Shown one piece after another: positions 29,879 to 40,898 of a stretch of 64,000 bases of DNA; position 1 is the stretch's first letter, and the number at the start of each line of letters is the position of its first letter. The translations under genes were made by a program, and so were the position numbers. Under the pieces are notes generated by a model. It was not told the origin of the DNA, ran no database searches, and was given only the letters and a program-made list of their open reading frames with translations. Origin of the DNA: Desulfatiglandales bacterium (lineage in GTDB: Bacteria > Desulfobacterota > DSM-4660 > Desulfatiglandales > Desulfatiglandaceae); assembly GCA_963662465.1 (NCBI GenBank), contig OY759599.1:2528001-2592000 (forward strand). The letters are read 5' to 3'.

Positions 29879-31108
29879 TCACCTCAGAAAATCCATCAGA
29901 CTTTTGTCAAACAGGCTGGCGGATGCAGCCAACGCCGCCTCATAGGCCGTTTGCTGGGTCTGAAGTTCAACAATGGCTTCCGCAAGGTCCGCATCCTCCG
30001 TTTTGGAACGCATGCTTTCGACTGATAATTTGAACCGGCCCCAATAATTTTCGGTGGATTCGAGCCGGGTATAGGCAACTGAAAGGTTCACTGTGGCTTC
30101 TTGCACCTGCTCAAACCCTTTGATGAGGCCATCCTTCAGCTCCGACACCCGATCTGAATCATAAGTGGGCGATTCGAGGGCATCCTTCAATGCTTTCAGG
30201 GTATCAAATACGTTGGTTCCATCCGCCGCACCAGCGCCTGTAAAAACGTCTTCGCCCGTGGCATTGCCTTTTATCTTAAGGGTATTTGAAACCATAAAAT
30301 TCAAATCGCCGTCATCACCGTTATATTTTGCGGTATGCATCGTAAATCCGGTGTCGATTTCAGCAATCTCGGGAGAGGTCCCGTCGGCTGCCGATTCGAT
30401 TTGCAATCGCGATGCATCGTCCGCCGTGACCGAGGAAGCAAAAATCGACCCCGCCTGATCTTCTATGGCGTCCGCTGTTGCAGTCGCAACGTCAGACGCA
30501 TTACCACCGCCACTCACATCCACCCTAATGCCGGTCTTATCCGATAAATGGGTCGCGGCAAGGCCCGGATCAGCACTCCCTCCAACATCGTACCACACAT
30601 AATAATCGGAACCCAGGGTGAAATACTCACCCCCGCTTAATTCCGAAGCAGCCGTGCAGGTCACTTCCGCACAAGCGGTAAAAGGCTCCGTATCGTTTTG
30701 ATGCCCCGCAAAAATAAAATCGTTTCCTAATTTGGTATTGGCAATCTCCATCATACGGTCATAAATGGATTGAATGTCATCAGCCGTTTTCCGCCGATCG
30801 CTTTCCTCGACATTTGATTGATCTATGATAATGTTCTTTGCTGTTTGAAGCTGATCACAAACCTCCTCCAATTGCATTTCAGAATACTCGATACCGATCT
30901 TTGCCTGATCGATATTCCGGCTATACTGCTCGATGGAAGAAAGCGTTGTCCGATAACCCAAAATCCTGCCCATGGCCGCGGGGTCGTCGGAAGGCCGGTT
31001 CACCGACTTCCGGGTCGCCACTTTCTCCTGAGCTTTGAGAAGTTTCGTGGTGTTATCCCCAAGGCTTTGTCTGACGATATTTGACAATTGCCTGTTGGTG
31101 ACTCGCAT
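29879..31108 (-). CDS. flgL: Hook-associated protein 3
   Basis: MRVT...VNRPSDDP; EDADLAEAI...YEAAL...SLMDFLR. Confidence 0.95.
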   Translation of the reverse strand: MRVTNRQLSNIVRQSLGDNTTKLLKAQEKVATRKSVNRPSDDPAAMGRILGYRTTLSSIEQYSRNIDQAKIGIEYSEMQLEEVCDQLQTAKNIIIDQSNVEESDRRKTADDIQSIYDRMMEIANTKLGNDFIFAGHQNDTEPFTACAEVTCTAASELSGGEYFTLGSDYYVWYDVGGSADPGLAATHLSDKTGIRVDVSGGGNASDVATATADAIEDQAGSIFASSVTADDASRLQIESAADGTSPEIAEIDTGFTMHTAKYNGDDGDLNFMVSNTLKIKGNATGEDVFTGAGAADGTNVFDTLKALKDALESPTYDSDRVSELKDGLIKGFEQVQEATVNLSVAYTRLESTENYWGRFKLSVESMRSKTEDADLAEAIVELQTQQTAYEAALAASASLFDKSLMDFLR

Positions 31109-31141
31109 GAGATTCCTCCTTAGGTCTTGGGACAGCCTTCC

Positions 31142-32530
31142 TTAGAGCGTATTGATCAAAGTGGACAACAACTCATCCGCTACGCTGATCAGCTTGGCCG
31201 CGGATTCATAAGCGCGCTGATATTGAATCAGATTTACCATTTCCTCATCGAGAGATACACCCGAGATGGACTCCCTGTAATTGTCCAGATAGGTGGCCAT
31301 CTCAGATTGGCTCTCAAAACGGACATCCGCCTGCTGCACGTCCGCGCCCACATGACTGACAATGGCATCGTAATAATCATCGAAAGTCGTGTCGGCATCC
31401 CCAATAGAAACGGTGGTAGTCTGTAAATCCGCTATGGCCAGCGCATTGCTGTTATCCCCCGGCAGGCCATCCACGGTTTGTGCGGCGGCAATTCGGTCTG
31501 AATCCTCCGCGATACTCGAATTGACTGAAAAATCGCCCCCTGCCAAACTTCCGGTAAAGAAATTTTTTCCCGTGGACCCGTCAAGCCCGAACCCGCCGGC
31601 GTGAAGGGTATTGACCTGGGTCTTTATGGCCTCGGTCAAATCTTCCAGACTGCTCATGTACCCCGGGATGATGACATCTCTTGTTTCCATCAACCCTTTA
31701 AGCTTACCACTGGAAATGCTGTCATTTATGCTTCGAGTGGGCAAAGAGGCCCAGCAGACATCCTTATGACCAGCGTCATTGACCAGGGTCGCCAGTTTCG
31801 AGGACCTGGATCCATCCACCAGATTTCTGCCGTCCCCCAGTTTAATGGTGATGCTGCCGTCTTTCTGTTCAAAAGTGGTCGTATCGATCAGCGAAGAGAG
31901 TTCTTTCAATGCCATATCCCGCGCATCCCTGTAATCGTTCGCATGGTCGCCCGAGGCTTCCACCTCAACGATTTTCTGGTTGTAATCCGCGATTTTGGCC
32001 GCATTGAAATTGATATCGTCAACGGCGCCCGCCACTTGAGCATCCAATGACGATGAATTGGATGACAGCGCATTGTGTACTTGTTGGAATTGATAGGTCA
32101 GGTCCTCGCTCTTCCCCAAAAGCATCACTCTCTGGACCTGTCCTGATGGATCATTGGCCAAATCCTGCCATGCATTCCAGAATTCCCCCATGACCTCATT
32201 CAACCCTTTGCCCGCCGCCTCATTAAATACGATTTCCGTCATATCGAGGGCATTCTTCCGAGCCTCCCACCTTCCCAGATCCTGCTCTTCCTGGTTAATC
32301 TGGGCACCCAGAAAGCTGTCATAGACTCTCTCAATTCCTTTTGCTTCAACCCCCGTGCCCATGGAACCGGCGGAAGACGGGATCGGAATTGCCGTAGTCA
32401 GGTTAAGTCTCTGGCGGGTATAGCCCGGGGTATTGACGTTTGTGATATTCTGCCCAGTGACCTCTATACCCTTTTGCTGAGCCAAAATGGCGCTTTTTCC
32501 AGCATGTAATATCCCGAAAACAGACGACAT
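31142..32530 (-). CDS. flgK: Hook-associated protein 1
   Basis: NITNVNTPGYTRQ; SGVSLDEEMVNLI.YQRAY. Confidence 0.96.
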   Translation of the reverse strand: MSSVFGILHAGKSAILAQQKGIEVTGQNITNVNTPGYTRQRLNLTTAIPIPSSAGSMGTGVEAKGIERVYDSFLGAQINQEEQDLGRWEARKNALDMTEIVFNEAAGKGLNEVMGEFWNAWQDLANDPSGQVQRVMLLGKSEDLTYQFQQVHNALSSNSSSLDAQVAGAVDDINFNAAKIADYNQKIVEVEASGDHANDYRDARDMALKELSSLIDTTTFEQKDGSITIKLGDGRNLVDGSRSSKLATLVNDAGHKDVCWASLPTRSINDSISSGKLKGLMETRDVIIPGYMSSLEDLTEAIKTQVNTLHAGGFGLDGSTGKNFFTGSLAGGDFSVNSSIAEDSDRIAAAQTVDGLPGDNSNALAIADLQTTTVSIGDADTTFDDYYDAIVSHVGADVQQADVRFESQSEMATYLDNYRESISGVSLDEEMVNLIQYQRAYESAAKLISVADELLSTLINTL

Positions 32531-32555
32531 GATGTATCCCCCTCACTATCGTGTC

Positions 32556-33608
<1,053 letters not shown>

Positions 33609-33621
33609 TCAACGATCCGGA

Positions 33622-34110
33622 TCACAACAGATTAAGCGTTTCGGAAATATCCCCATCTAAAAACAGAAATAGATGACAAGGTTCGTCTTCAATGGACAAT
33701 TTCGCCGCCGCCGTCGGTTCTCCGCTTAAATCCTTTTCCGCGATCTCGTCATCCGTAACAGCCTCCGGCGCGTCAATGTCAAAAACAGCTTCCTTTCCGC
33801 CGATCGCAGGCAACAAATTTCCGCAAATAACATTAATCGTTTCTCTGAGCGCGTCGACCTGGTCATCAGACGTAATCTCCTCCCCATCGTCAATCCCCAG
33901 CATGTTTTCCGTCAGCTCCTGAGCCACTTGCCCGGAAACCGCCATGGCCAGTCGCCCTGAAAATGGTCCTCGAAAGCATACTTGGGTAACAACCATTGGA
34001 TCACCGGACCCGCCGATCTCTTCATCATCCGGGAAACCGAACATAAAAGCCAGACCTTCAAAGGTCTCCACTGCTACACGAGTCAGGATTTCATTAATTT
34101 TGTCATTCAT
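33622..34110 (-). CDS. cheX: CheX-like phosphatase
   Basis: DALRETINVICGN ExxN motif; start at MNDKINE. Confidence 0.75.
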   Translation of the reverse strand: MNDKINEILTRVAVETFEGLAFMFGFPDDEEIGGSGDPMVVTQVCFRGPFSGRLAMAVSGQVAQELTENMLGIDDGEEITSDDQVDALRETINVICGNLLPAIGGKEAVFDIDAPEAVTDDEIAEKDLSGEPTAAAKLSIEDEPCHLFLFLDGDISETLNLL

Positions 34111-34492
34111 CAGCGGCCCCCAGTTTGAGTAAGTTTCTGATGGTATCGCGAATGGTTTCAGCTTCAAAAGGCTTGTGAATAAAAACAGCGCCTTTTTCCG
34201 CCAACCGATTGATGCGTGTTTGACTTCCTTCCGTAGAGACGACAACCACCGGAAGATCCTGCATCTCAGGATTTTTCCGCAACCGATCAATCATTTCTTC
34301 ACCGTTCATCACCGGCATATTAATATCCACAATTGCCAGATCTATCCAGTTTTGTTCGAGCGCTTCCAGGCCTTCCCGGCCATTTCCGGCCTGGAATACT
34401 TCTCCCATGGAAATCCCGGTCATCTGCAACGTTTTGAGTATCATGGTCCGCATGATTTTGCTGTCGTCGACAATAAGAATATTGATTGCCAC
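34103..34492 (-). CDS. cheY: CheY-like response regulator
   Basis: Single receiver domain: VDDS, DINMP, STE, KPF. Confidence 0.85.
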   Translation of the reverse strand: MAINILIVDDSKIMRTMILKTLQMTGISMGEVFQAGNGREGLEALEQNWIDLAIVDINMPVMNGEEMIDRLRKNPEMQDLPVVVVSTEGSQTRINRLAEKGAVFIHKPFEAETIRDTIRNLLKLGAADE

Positions 34493-34543
34493 TTTAAATA
34501 CCCCTTACTTGTAATAAATTTGGAATCACGACTATAACAGGCC

Positions 34544-35398
34544 CTATTCAAAAATATCGGAAAGTTCATCGGCCCACTGCAGCGTCCGGCTGGCCACAAG
34601 TTCAAGTTGTTTTGGCTTGAGTCCCAGCCGCCGGGTGGCCAAGGCGGAAGGTTCATAATGCAAACCTTCCACGCCTGTACCAATCCCCAGCATCAGACAA
34701 AGGACATTGGCCACATGGACAATATCAATTAATGAACTCGTTTCATCCGCCGAATCCGGTTCGTGATGCCACCGAACCGCCCCCACAAGCCTTGGGGGGA
34801 AAGACCATGCTTCCAGCAACCGCGCTCCGATTTCAGCGTGGTCGGTTCCAAGAACCTCCCTTTCGGCCATCTGAAAGGGAATTCCTTTTGCGGCAATAGA
34901 GCGAATGGTTTCCAGATCCTCCGCCACAAATTCACCCAGAACCAGCTTTCCCAGATCATGCAGGAGAGCAGCGGTAAATATTTCATCATCCACTTTTAGG
35001 CCCAATTCCTGCATCAAGCCTTCCGAGGTAACCGACACGGCAACCGAGTGCCGCCACAGTTCCCCGGGCGGCAAATCGTAGCCTGGAACGGTTTTATCGA
35101 TGACGGCATTCACGCACGTGGTCAAAACAATCTTGGTGAGTCTCTTCCAGCCCAGCAAAAGGACAGCCTGCTTAACGGAACCGACCTTGGAAGGCAAACC
35201 AAAATAAGCTGAATTTGTCAACTTCAGGATATTGGCCGTAAGGCCGGGATCAAGGCGCAATGTCTTTTGAACCTCATCCGCACTGGAATCCGGGTCATCA
35301 AGAAGTTTGAGAACCTTGGCCGCGACGCCCGATATACTGGGAAATGATTCAATCTTCGAGATAATTCTGGATTTTTGCTCCTGGCTCATAGCTCCCAC
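34544..35398 (-). CDS. HDOD-domain protein
   Basis: DPGLTANILKLTNSAYFG; ALLHDLGKL; W.FP....VRWHH. Confidence 0.92.
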   Translation of the reverse strand: MGAMSQEQKSRIISKIESFPSISGVAAKVLKLLDDPDSSADEVQKTLRLDPGLTANILKLTNSAYFGLPSKVGSVKQAVLLLGWKRLTKIVLTTCVNAVIDKTVPGYDLPPGELWRHSVAVSVTSEGLMQELGLKVDDEIFTAALLHDLGKLVLGEFVAEDLETIRSIAAKGIPFQMAEREVLGTDHAEIGARLLEAWSFPPRLVGAVRWHHEPDSADETSSLIDIVHVANVLCLMLGIGTGVEGLHYEPSALATRRLGLKPKQLELVASRTLQWADELSDIFE

Positions 35399-35859
35399 TC
35401 CCGCTGCCCGTTTTTGATGGTTGTCCGACCTGTCTTCATAACAAAATGAACCGTCCGGCTATGGGTTCCCCCCACATCATCGGCTTCCAGAAGTACTTTG
35501 TTTTTCCACAGGATTTTTTTTAATACCGTATAGTTTCGCTGCCCGATCTTGAAGATCTCATTGTCTCCCATGGGAGAACCGCAACCGGCCGCTTTGACCA
35601 GCAATCTCTTCTTTTCGCCGCCCAATTTGTACACTTCCTTAAACAAGCTTGGAACCCCCGTATCCACAAACATGAACGGATTGGCCCTGGCTTTCTCCGG
35701 ATTAATCTTGGATAGGGGCAACATGGCATGGAGCAGTCCACCCACTTGCGCCACCGGATCATAGATCATAAGACCGAGACAACTGCCCAGGGCATGTGTC
35801 ACAAGCACGTCTGCTCTTACACCAACCTTCATATCGCCTACTTGAATAATGTGTTTCAT
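35386..35859 (-). CDS. cheD: Chemoreceptor deamidase
   Basis: ALGSCLG, GLLHAMLP, IGQRN, DVGG..SR. Confidence 0.93.
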   Translation of the reverse strand: MKHIIQVGDMKVGVRADVLVTHALGSCLGLMIYDPVAQVGGLLHAMLPLSKINPEKARANPFMFVDTGVPSLFKEVYKLGGEKKRLLVKAAGCGSPMGDNEIFKIGQRNYTVLKKILWKNKVLLEADDVGGTHSRTVHFVMKTGRTTIKNGQREWEL

Positions 35860-35887
35860 CTAATTTATCCCGGAAAATGATGGATAT

Positions 35888-36724
35888 TCATCTTTTATAG
35901 ACCGCCGGCCGCTGATATCGGAACTTGTGTTTGATGGCCGACAACCCCTCGGAATGACCCACAAAAAGGTGACCTCCCGGTTCGAGAAGATCCCAAAAAC
36001 GGTTAACCAGCTTGTGCTGGGTCTGCGTATCAAAATAGATCATGACATTGCGGCAAAAAATAGCATCAAAAGGACCTTTCATGGGCCAGGGTTCCATCAG
36101 GTTCAATAAAGCAGGCCGGACCATTTTTTTGGCCGCGGGACCAACTTGATAAGTTCGGGCGCCCGGTGTCGATATCTTGACAAAATATTTGTTTAAAAAA
36201 GATCTTGGAAGCGCGGCGAGCTTTTCCTCCGAATAGGTGGCGGCCTGGGTCTGCTTGAGCATACTGGTGGATATGTCAGTCGCCAGAATCAACGCATCCC
36301 TTGATCCAACATCAGGGATGGAATCCAGCAGCAGCATCGCCAGAGAGAAAGGTTCCTCCCCGGAAGAACAACCTGCACTCCAGAATCTTATTCTGCGGTT
36401 CTTCAAATCCGGCAAAACCTTTTCACGTAGAAAATGGAAATGATCAATTTCTCGAAAAAAGCTGGTCTTGTTGGTGGTAATGACATCGATCATACAGCTC
36501 AATTCCATTCCTTTGCCATCATTTTCGAGGTACGCAATATACTCCCCAAAGCTCTTCATTCCCAACGCCCGCAAGCGTTTGGTGAGACGGGCCCTCACCA
36601 GGGCTTCTTTGCCGCTTTTCAAAGATATCCCGCATTCCCGGTAAACCAGGTTTTTCACCTTTTTGAACTGTGCATCCGTCAGGTCGCTTGTCGCGGAAAA
36701 CATGTGCTGATGATTCTCCTTCAT
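35888..36724 (-). CDS. cheR: Chemotaxis methyltransferase
   Basis: TTNKTSFFRE, WSAGCSSGEEP, IFCRNVMIYFD. Confidence 0.97.
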   Translation of the reverse strand: MKENHQHMFSATSDLTDAQFKKVKNLVYRECGISLKSGKEALVRARLTKRLRALGMKSFGEYIAYLENDGKGMELSCMIDVITTNKTSFFREIDHFHFLREKVLPDLKNRRIRFWSAGCSSGEEPFSLAMLLLDSIPDVGSRDALILATDISTSMLKQTQAATYSEEKLAALPRSFLNKYFVKISTPGARTYQVGPAAKKMVRPALLNLMEPWPMKGPFDAIFCRNVMIYFDTQTQHKLVNRFWDLLEPGGHLFVGHSEGLSAIKHKFRYQRPAVYKR

Positions 36725-39264
36725 TTTTCTCCATTATCTGAATTGGCAAGTTGCATAATCCCCCCCACATCCAGAATCAAGCCCACTTGACCGTTGGGCA
36801 TGATGGCGCCTCCGGAAATGCCCGGGATATCCCGCATGGCATTGGCATCTCCCAGGGTCTTAATGACGATTTGTTGCCTGCCGATCAATTCATCGATCAC
36901 CAAACCCGCCTGCCGCTTGTTGTCGTCTTCCACCACCACAACCAGCTGTTTATCCAGGTTTTCATCATCATGTTCAAGGGAAAAGAGCTTGTGCAACCGA
37001 AAAATGGGAATGAGCTGCCCCCGCAGGGAAAGCATTTCGCCCTTATTGAGGACGGTGGTAATCGATTTGGGTTCGGGTTTTATGGATTTGACGATTGAAC
37101 CCGTCGGAATAATATAGGCCTCCCTGTTGACGCGAAGCGCCATCCCGTCGATAATGGCAAGGGTTAGGGGAAGGCGCATTTTAAATACACTCCCCTTGCC
37201 CAATTCCGATTGAATCTCCACCTGCCCTCGAATGGATTCAATGTTCTTCTTCACCACGTCCATACCGACGCCCCGGCCGGACACATCGGTTACAGCATCC
37301 GCCGTTGAAAACCCCGGTTCAAAAATCAGATTGAACACCTCGCGGTCATTAAGGGCTGACCCATCGGAGACAAGACCTCTTTCCCTGGCCTTGGCAAGGA
37401 TCACATCCCGTGAAATTCCCTTCCCATCATCCTCGATCTCCACCACCACAGAGCCTGCCGCATGGTAAGCGGACAGCTTAACCGTTCCGGGTCCCGGCTT
37501 GCCCGCCGCCTCTCTGACGTCGGAAGTCTCAATGCCATGATCCACGGCATTGCGAACCATATGCATCAGGGGGTCATTGATAACATCCACCATGTTCCGG
37601 TCTATTTCCGTGTCTTCCCCATGGGTCTCCAGGGTTACGGTTTTACCCACTTTACGAGACACATCGCGTACGAGCCGGGTCATCTTCTTGAAGGTTCCTT
37701 TTAAAGGGATCATCCGCATGGACATGCCCAGGTCCTGCAGCTCTCGCACAATTTTTCCCGTTTGATTGACCTTCTTAAGGAGCTGATGCCGGCTGCCGCT
37801 GACCACAACCTCGTCCTGGGCCACCATGGATTGAGCGATCACCAATTCGCCGACCATGTCGACGAGTCGATCCAACCTGCCGGTACTCACCCTGACCGAC
37901 GACTCGAATACCTGTTTTCCCTTCATCCGTTCCTGGGTTCGAAGCCCCTGAGCAACCGCCTCTACCGTAGCGGTCTTGGTCTTGACCATCTCAACGCCGA
38001 TGGGCTTGCCGGATTTCCCCCCAGCCAGCGCCTCCACCTTTTCCCGGTCCGCTTTACCCCCAGCCACCAGGATATCGCCCAACCGGGGTGTGACGGCTTC
38101 TTCCATGCCACTTTCATCGGATATGCCGGCGCCTTCCGGGTCACGCAACAGATCCATCAGGTCTTCGTAGCCTTCCGGTCTCAAAAACGGAGCGCCGCCC
38201 AAAGCGTCCTGAACATTGGTAATCATCTGTTTGATCATGTCCAGCGCACGAAGCGCCAGGTCCGCGTACCCCCCGGCATAACGGATTTCCTTGTCTCGAA
38301 CCCGGCTCAGGAGGGATTCCGCATGGTGCGCCATTTCCGATATGGAGGTCAATTCAAGAAAGGCGGATACGCCCTTAACGGTGTGAAAAGCCCTGAAAAC
38401 GGTCCCTACGGCCTCCCCATCTTCCGGATCGGTCTCAAGGGTCAGAAGCGCCTCTTCGGCGTCGGAAATCAAATCCCCACTTTCGGACACAAACTCCGAG
38501 ATTAAATCAAGATCCGCATCCTCAGGCAGACATTCCGAATAAATGACTTCCTCACGGATTTCTTCCGTCTGTCCCAAATCCGATATTCCTGAAACTTCGG
38601 CGATTTCCTTTTCAGAATTGACATCTTCCTCATCCATCGCATGGATAGCTTCCTCCAATAGTTCACCAATTTCCTTAGTGGCATGGTCCGGATCTGAGAC
38701 TGTGGACAAAAGCATCTCATCTATCTTCCTTAAAGCCTCACCGAGTTTTTCTTTGGAAATATGGGAACAGCCGCCATCGGAAACAATGGCCTCCAAAATG
38801 CCTTTCAGGCGAAACAGCTCATCGGCGTCGTCGGGTTCCAGAAGAACCAAGAGGGCCGCGGCATCATTGAGGGTCACAGCCACCTGAACACCGGCCTCTA
38901 ATTCGCCCCCATTGTGAAAATCGTCGGAAAGGCTGTTTAAAACCTTTGCCAGTTCCCGACCCGGCTTCGCCATAAGGTCCTCCACATCCGAATCCCCGGT
39001 AAGGCATTCCTGAAAGCCGTAAAGGCACTCGGAAATAGCATCAACCAACAACAAAGGACTCGTTACGGATTTTTCCGAAAGGCGTCTTATGCCTTCCAGG
39101 CAAAGGGTTAACGGTTCCACCACCAAGGGGATCTCAACACCCATCCGAGAGACCAAGTCCTCCAAATCGGCCTGAATTCCATTCCAGGCATCGCCATCGT
39201 TTAAGTTGACCGTTTCTATGCCGTCAATAATCTTTTCCAAAGTCTCCATGTTTTTCTCTTCCAT
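36721..39264 (-). CDS. cheA: Chemotaxis histidine kinase with N-terminal extension
   Basis: FRAFHTVKG Hpt, HMVRNAVDHG, GRGVGMDVV, CheW-like C-terminal domain. Confidence 0.97.
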   Translation of the reverse strand: MEEKNMETLEKIIDGIETVNLNDGDAWNGIQADLEDLVSRMGVEIPLVVEPLTLCLEGIRRLSEKSVTSPLLLVDAISECLYGFQECLTGDSDVEDLMAKPGRELAKVLNSLSDDFHNGGELEAGVQVAVTLNDAAALLVLLEPDDADELFRLKGILEAIVSDGGCSHISKEKLGEALRKIDEMLLSTVSDPDHATKEIGELLEEAIHAMDEEDVNSEKEIAEVSGISDLGQTEEIREEVIYSECLPEDADLDLISEFVSESGDLISDAEEALLTLETDPEDGEAVGTVFRAFHTVKGVSAFLELTSISEMAHHAESLLSRVRDKEIRYAGGYADLALRALDMIKQMITNVQDALGGAPFLRPEGYEDLMDLLRDPEGAGISDESGMEEAVTPRLGDILVAGGKADREKVEALAGGKSGKPIGVEMVKTKTATVEAVAQGLRTQERMKGKQVFESSVRVSTGRLDRLVDMVGELVIAQSMVAQDEVVVSGSRHQLLKKVNQTGKIVRELQDLGMSMRMIPLKGTFKKMTRLVRDVSRKVGKTVTLETHGEDTEIDRNMVDVINDPLMHMVRNAVDHGIETSDVREAAGKPGPGTVKLSAYHAAGSVVVEIEDDGKGISRDVILAKARERGLVSDGSALNDREVFNLIFEPGFSTADAVTDVSGRGVGMDVVKKNIESIRGQVEIQSELGKGSVFKMRLPLTLAIIDGMALRVNREAYIIPTGSIVKSIKPEPKSITTVLNKGEMLSLRGQLIPIFRLHKLFSLEHDDENLDKQLVVVVEDDNKRQAGLVIDELIGRQQIVIKTLGDANAMRDIPGISGGAIMPNGQVGLILDVGGIMQLANSDNGEK

Positions 39265-39342
39265 TAAGTCCGTTCAGCGCCTTTTCTATGGTTTATTTGC
39301 TGAGTAGTTGCGATCAAAAAGCCCGCCCCGTGCTGTAGATAG

Positions 39343-39358
39343 TGCAACATATGTGCCG
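39343..39358 (-). promoter_or_regulatory. Sigma-54 promoter of the che operon
   Basis: CGGCAC-ATATG-TTGCA. Confidence 0.8.
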
Positions 39359-39427
39359 TCTTTTGCAACCGTTTTCAAGGACAAACAAACAGAATTATCC
39401 GATTTTTATCAGTGAGGGGAGAAGAAA

Positions 39428-39447
39428 GGCGTCAATTTGATGACGCC
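39428..39447. promoter_or_regulatory. Enhancer-like palindrome
   Basis: GGCGTCA-N6-TGACGCC, 70-90 bp upstream of the -24 box. Confidence 0.65.
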
Positions 39448-39505
39448 AAGAAAAGGTCGGGTTGCTTTTCAGTGGGTGGGCGGGTCGATACAAAAATGGA
39501 ATCCC

Positions 39506-39604
39506 TATATTGCTTGAAATGATTCTGCCACCCTGACTTTTTAACTTAAAACTTAAAACCTAAAACTGCCTATATATTGCTTGAAATGATTCTGCCGCCC
39601 TGAC
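39506..39604. repeat. 32-bp direct repeat of the flgN 3' end flanking a heptamer array
   Basis: 39506-39537 and 39573-39604 (1 mismatch) around AACTTAA AACTTAA AACCTAA. Confidence 0.9.
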
Positions 39605-40076
39605 CCCTCATCTGCATTCTGCCCGAGCTGTGATAAACCGCGGCGGGCGCCGCCAGGTGACTCAAAAAAGCATAAGAGCCGGCAATCAGTTCAAGCGCAT
39701 GCCTGAGCAACGACTGGTTGAAACGATTCATCTTGCGAATTCGTCCGGTCAGAGCCAAAAGCGCATCACAGGCCGCCTTCAACCTGGCAGCATAGGGATC
39801 CTGTACGTATTGCGCTAACCCGGATAGGGTCAGACCCCGGCAGGGAACTTCCAATATCCCCGCCAGATCTTTGATTACGATGATGCGTTGTTCTTCCAAC
39901 CGTCGGATCTTCAGCATCAATGCCTCTTTGAGTTGACCTGTTTCGCTGAGACCCTTCATATCAGCCGCAATAATTCCACCCCTCTCCTCGTTTAGAACCC
40001 CCTGAAAGGATTCGTATAAAAACGCTTCCTCCTTGATAAAGCTCAGAAGATTCTCAAGCAAAACTTCTTTTTTCAT
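39570..40076 (-). CDS. flgN: Export chaperone FlgN
   Basis: Helical protein after flgM; N..N..LL, Y...G motifs. Confidence 0.85.
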   Translation of the reverse strand: MKKEVLLENLLSFIKEEAFLYESFQGVLNEERGGIIAADMKGLSETGQLKEALMLKIRRLEEQRIIVIKDLAGILEVPCRGLTLSGLAQYVQDPYAARLKAACDALLALTGRIRKMNRFNQSLLRHALELIAGSYAFLSHLAAPAAVYHSSGRMQMRGQGGRIISSNI

Positions 40077-40107
40077 AGCCGGCACCCATGCCATACAGCT
40101 TAAAATT

Positions 40108-40419
40108 CTACACAAACTGGTTTATAAGAGATTCCGTTACCATCTTTTCCGCTATTTTTTCGCTGTCTATTTGATAGGTCCCGTCCTCAATCTGTTTCCT
40201 GATTTTAGCCACCTTTTCTTCCCGTATGTCCGGAATGGTCCCCAAAATTCTTTTTGCCTCTTGCATTTCTTTAGCCTTGGGGGACAACTCAACCCTGTCC
40301 CCTGAAAAGACTTCACCGGAAGACGAATTGGATGCGGCATCGGCTCCAGACTTGTCCCCGCGGACCTGCCTGACATAGCTATTGATTTTGGCAAATGGAT
40401 TGCCGCCGGTAATTTCCAT
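40108..40419 (-). CDS. flgM: Anti-sigma-28 factor
   Basis: DRVELS...DIREEKV..IRKQIEDGTY.ID...IAEKM. Confidence 0.95.
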   Translation of the reverse strand: MEITGGNPFAKINSYVRQVRGDKSGADAASNSSSGEVFSGDRVELSPKAKEMQEAKRILGTIPDIREEKVAKIRKQIEDGTYQIDSEKIAEKMVTESLINQFV

Positions 40420-40486
40420 TTTTCAACCTCCTTTTCACCTGGATAACAGACAGTTCCCAGGTAAAATTAAAATACCCTTGCATTTC

Positions 40487-40513
40487 TTATCGGCATCCAC
40501 GAAAAAAACTTAA
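40487..40513 (-). promoter_or_regulatory. Sigma-28 promoter of flgMN
   Basis: TTAAGTTT-N11-GCCGATAA. Confidence 0.85.
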
Positions 40514-40523
40514 ATCTTTTTAT

Positions 40524-40898
40524 TTATTTTTTTTCATCCGGTCCATGGGCAAAGGATTCTTTTTTTCCCATACTTTCGAGAAGGAGGGGCGAAAGCCCGA
40601 TTCCGCGTTCAGCAGCCAGCTCTTTTGCCAGTTGAGAATCCAGCATGGAGGTATAAATTTCTTCCCCCTGTCCTCCGCTGATAAGGCCGTCCTTGGGTAT
40701 CGTGGCGCGCATCTCTTTTAAAAGGTAGAAAATAAAAAGAGACTCCATTTCAGCGCAAGCCTTCTTAATACCGGAATCATCATTGTTGTCCCCGGACTGC
40801 TTTCCGGCATCAACCTGACGAGAAATATTTTCCATTCTGTTGGCCAAATCAATGGATTGATACGGCATTGCCGGTAAATTCATGGCACCCATCATCAC
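40524..40898 (-). CDS. flgJ: Rod-binding protein (short FlgJ)
   Basis: ACAEMESLF...LKEMRATIP...YTSMLD...GIGL. Confidence 0.88.
   Translation of the reverse strand: MMMGAMNLPAMPYQSIDLANRMENISRQVDAGKQSGDNNDDSGIKKACAEMESLFIFYLLKEMRATIPKDGLISGGQGEEIYTSMLDSQLAKELAAERGIGLSPLLLESMGKKESFAHGPDEKK

Noticed and set aside
37762..38505. Long antisense ORFs (also 7468-8103, 40868-41530, 11822-12484)
   Set aside because: Shadow frames of well-supported genes, with no recognisable motifs
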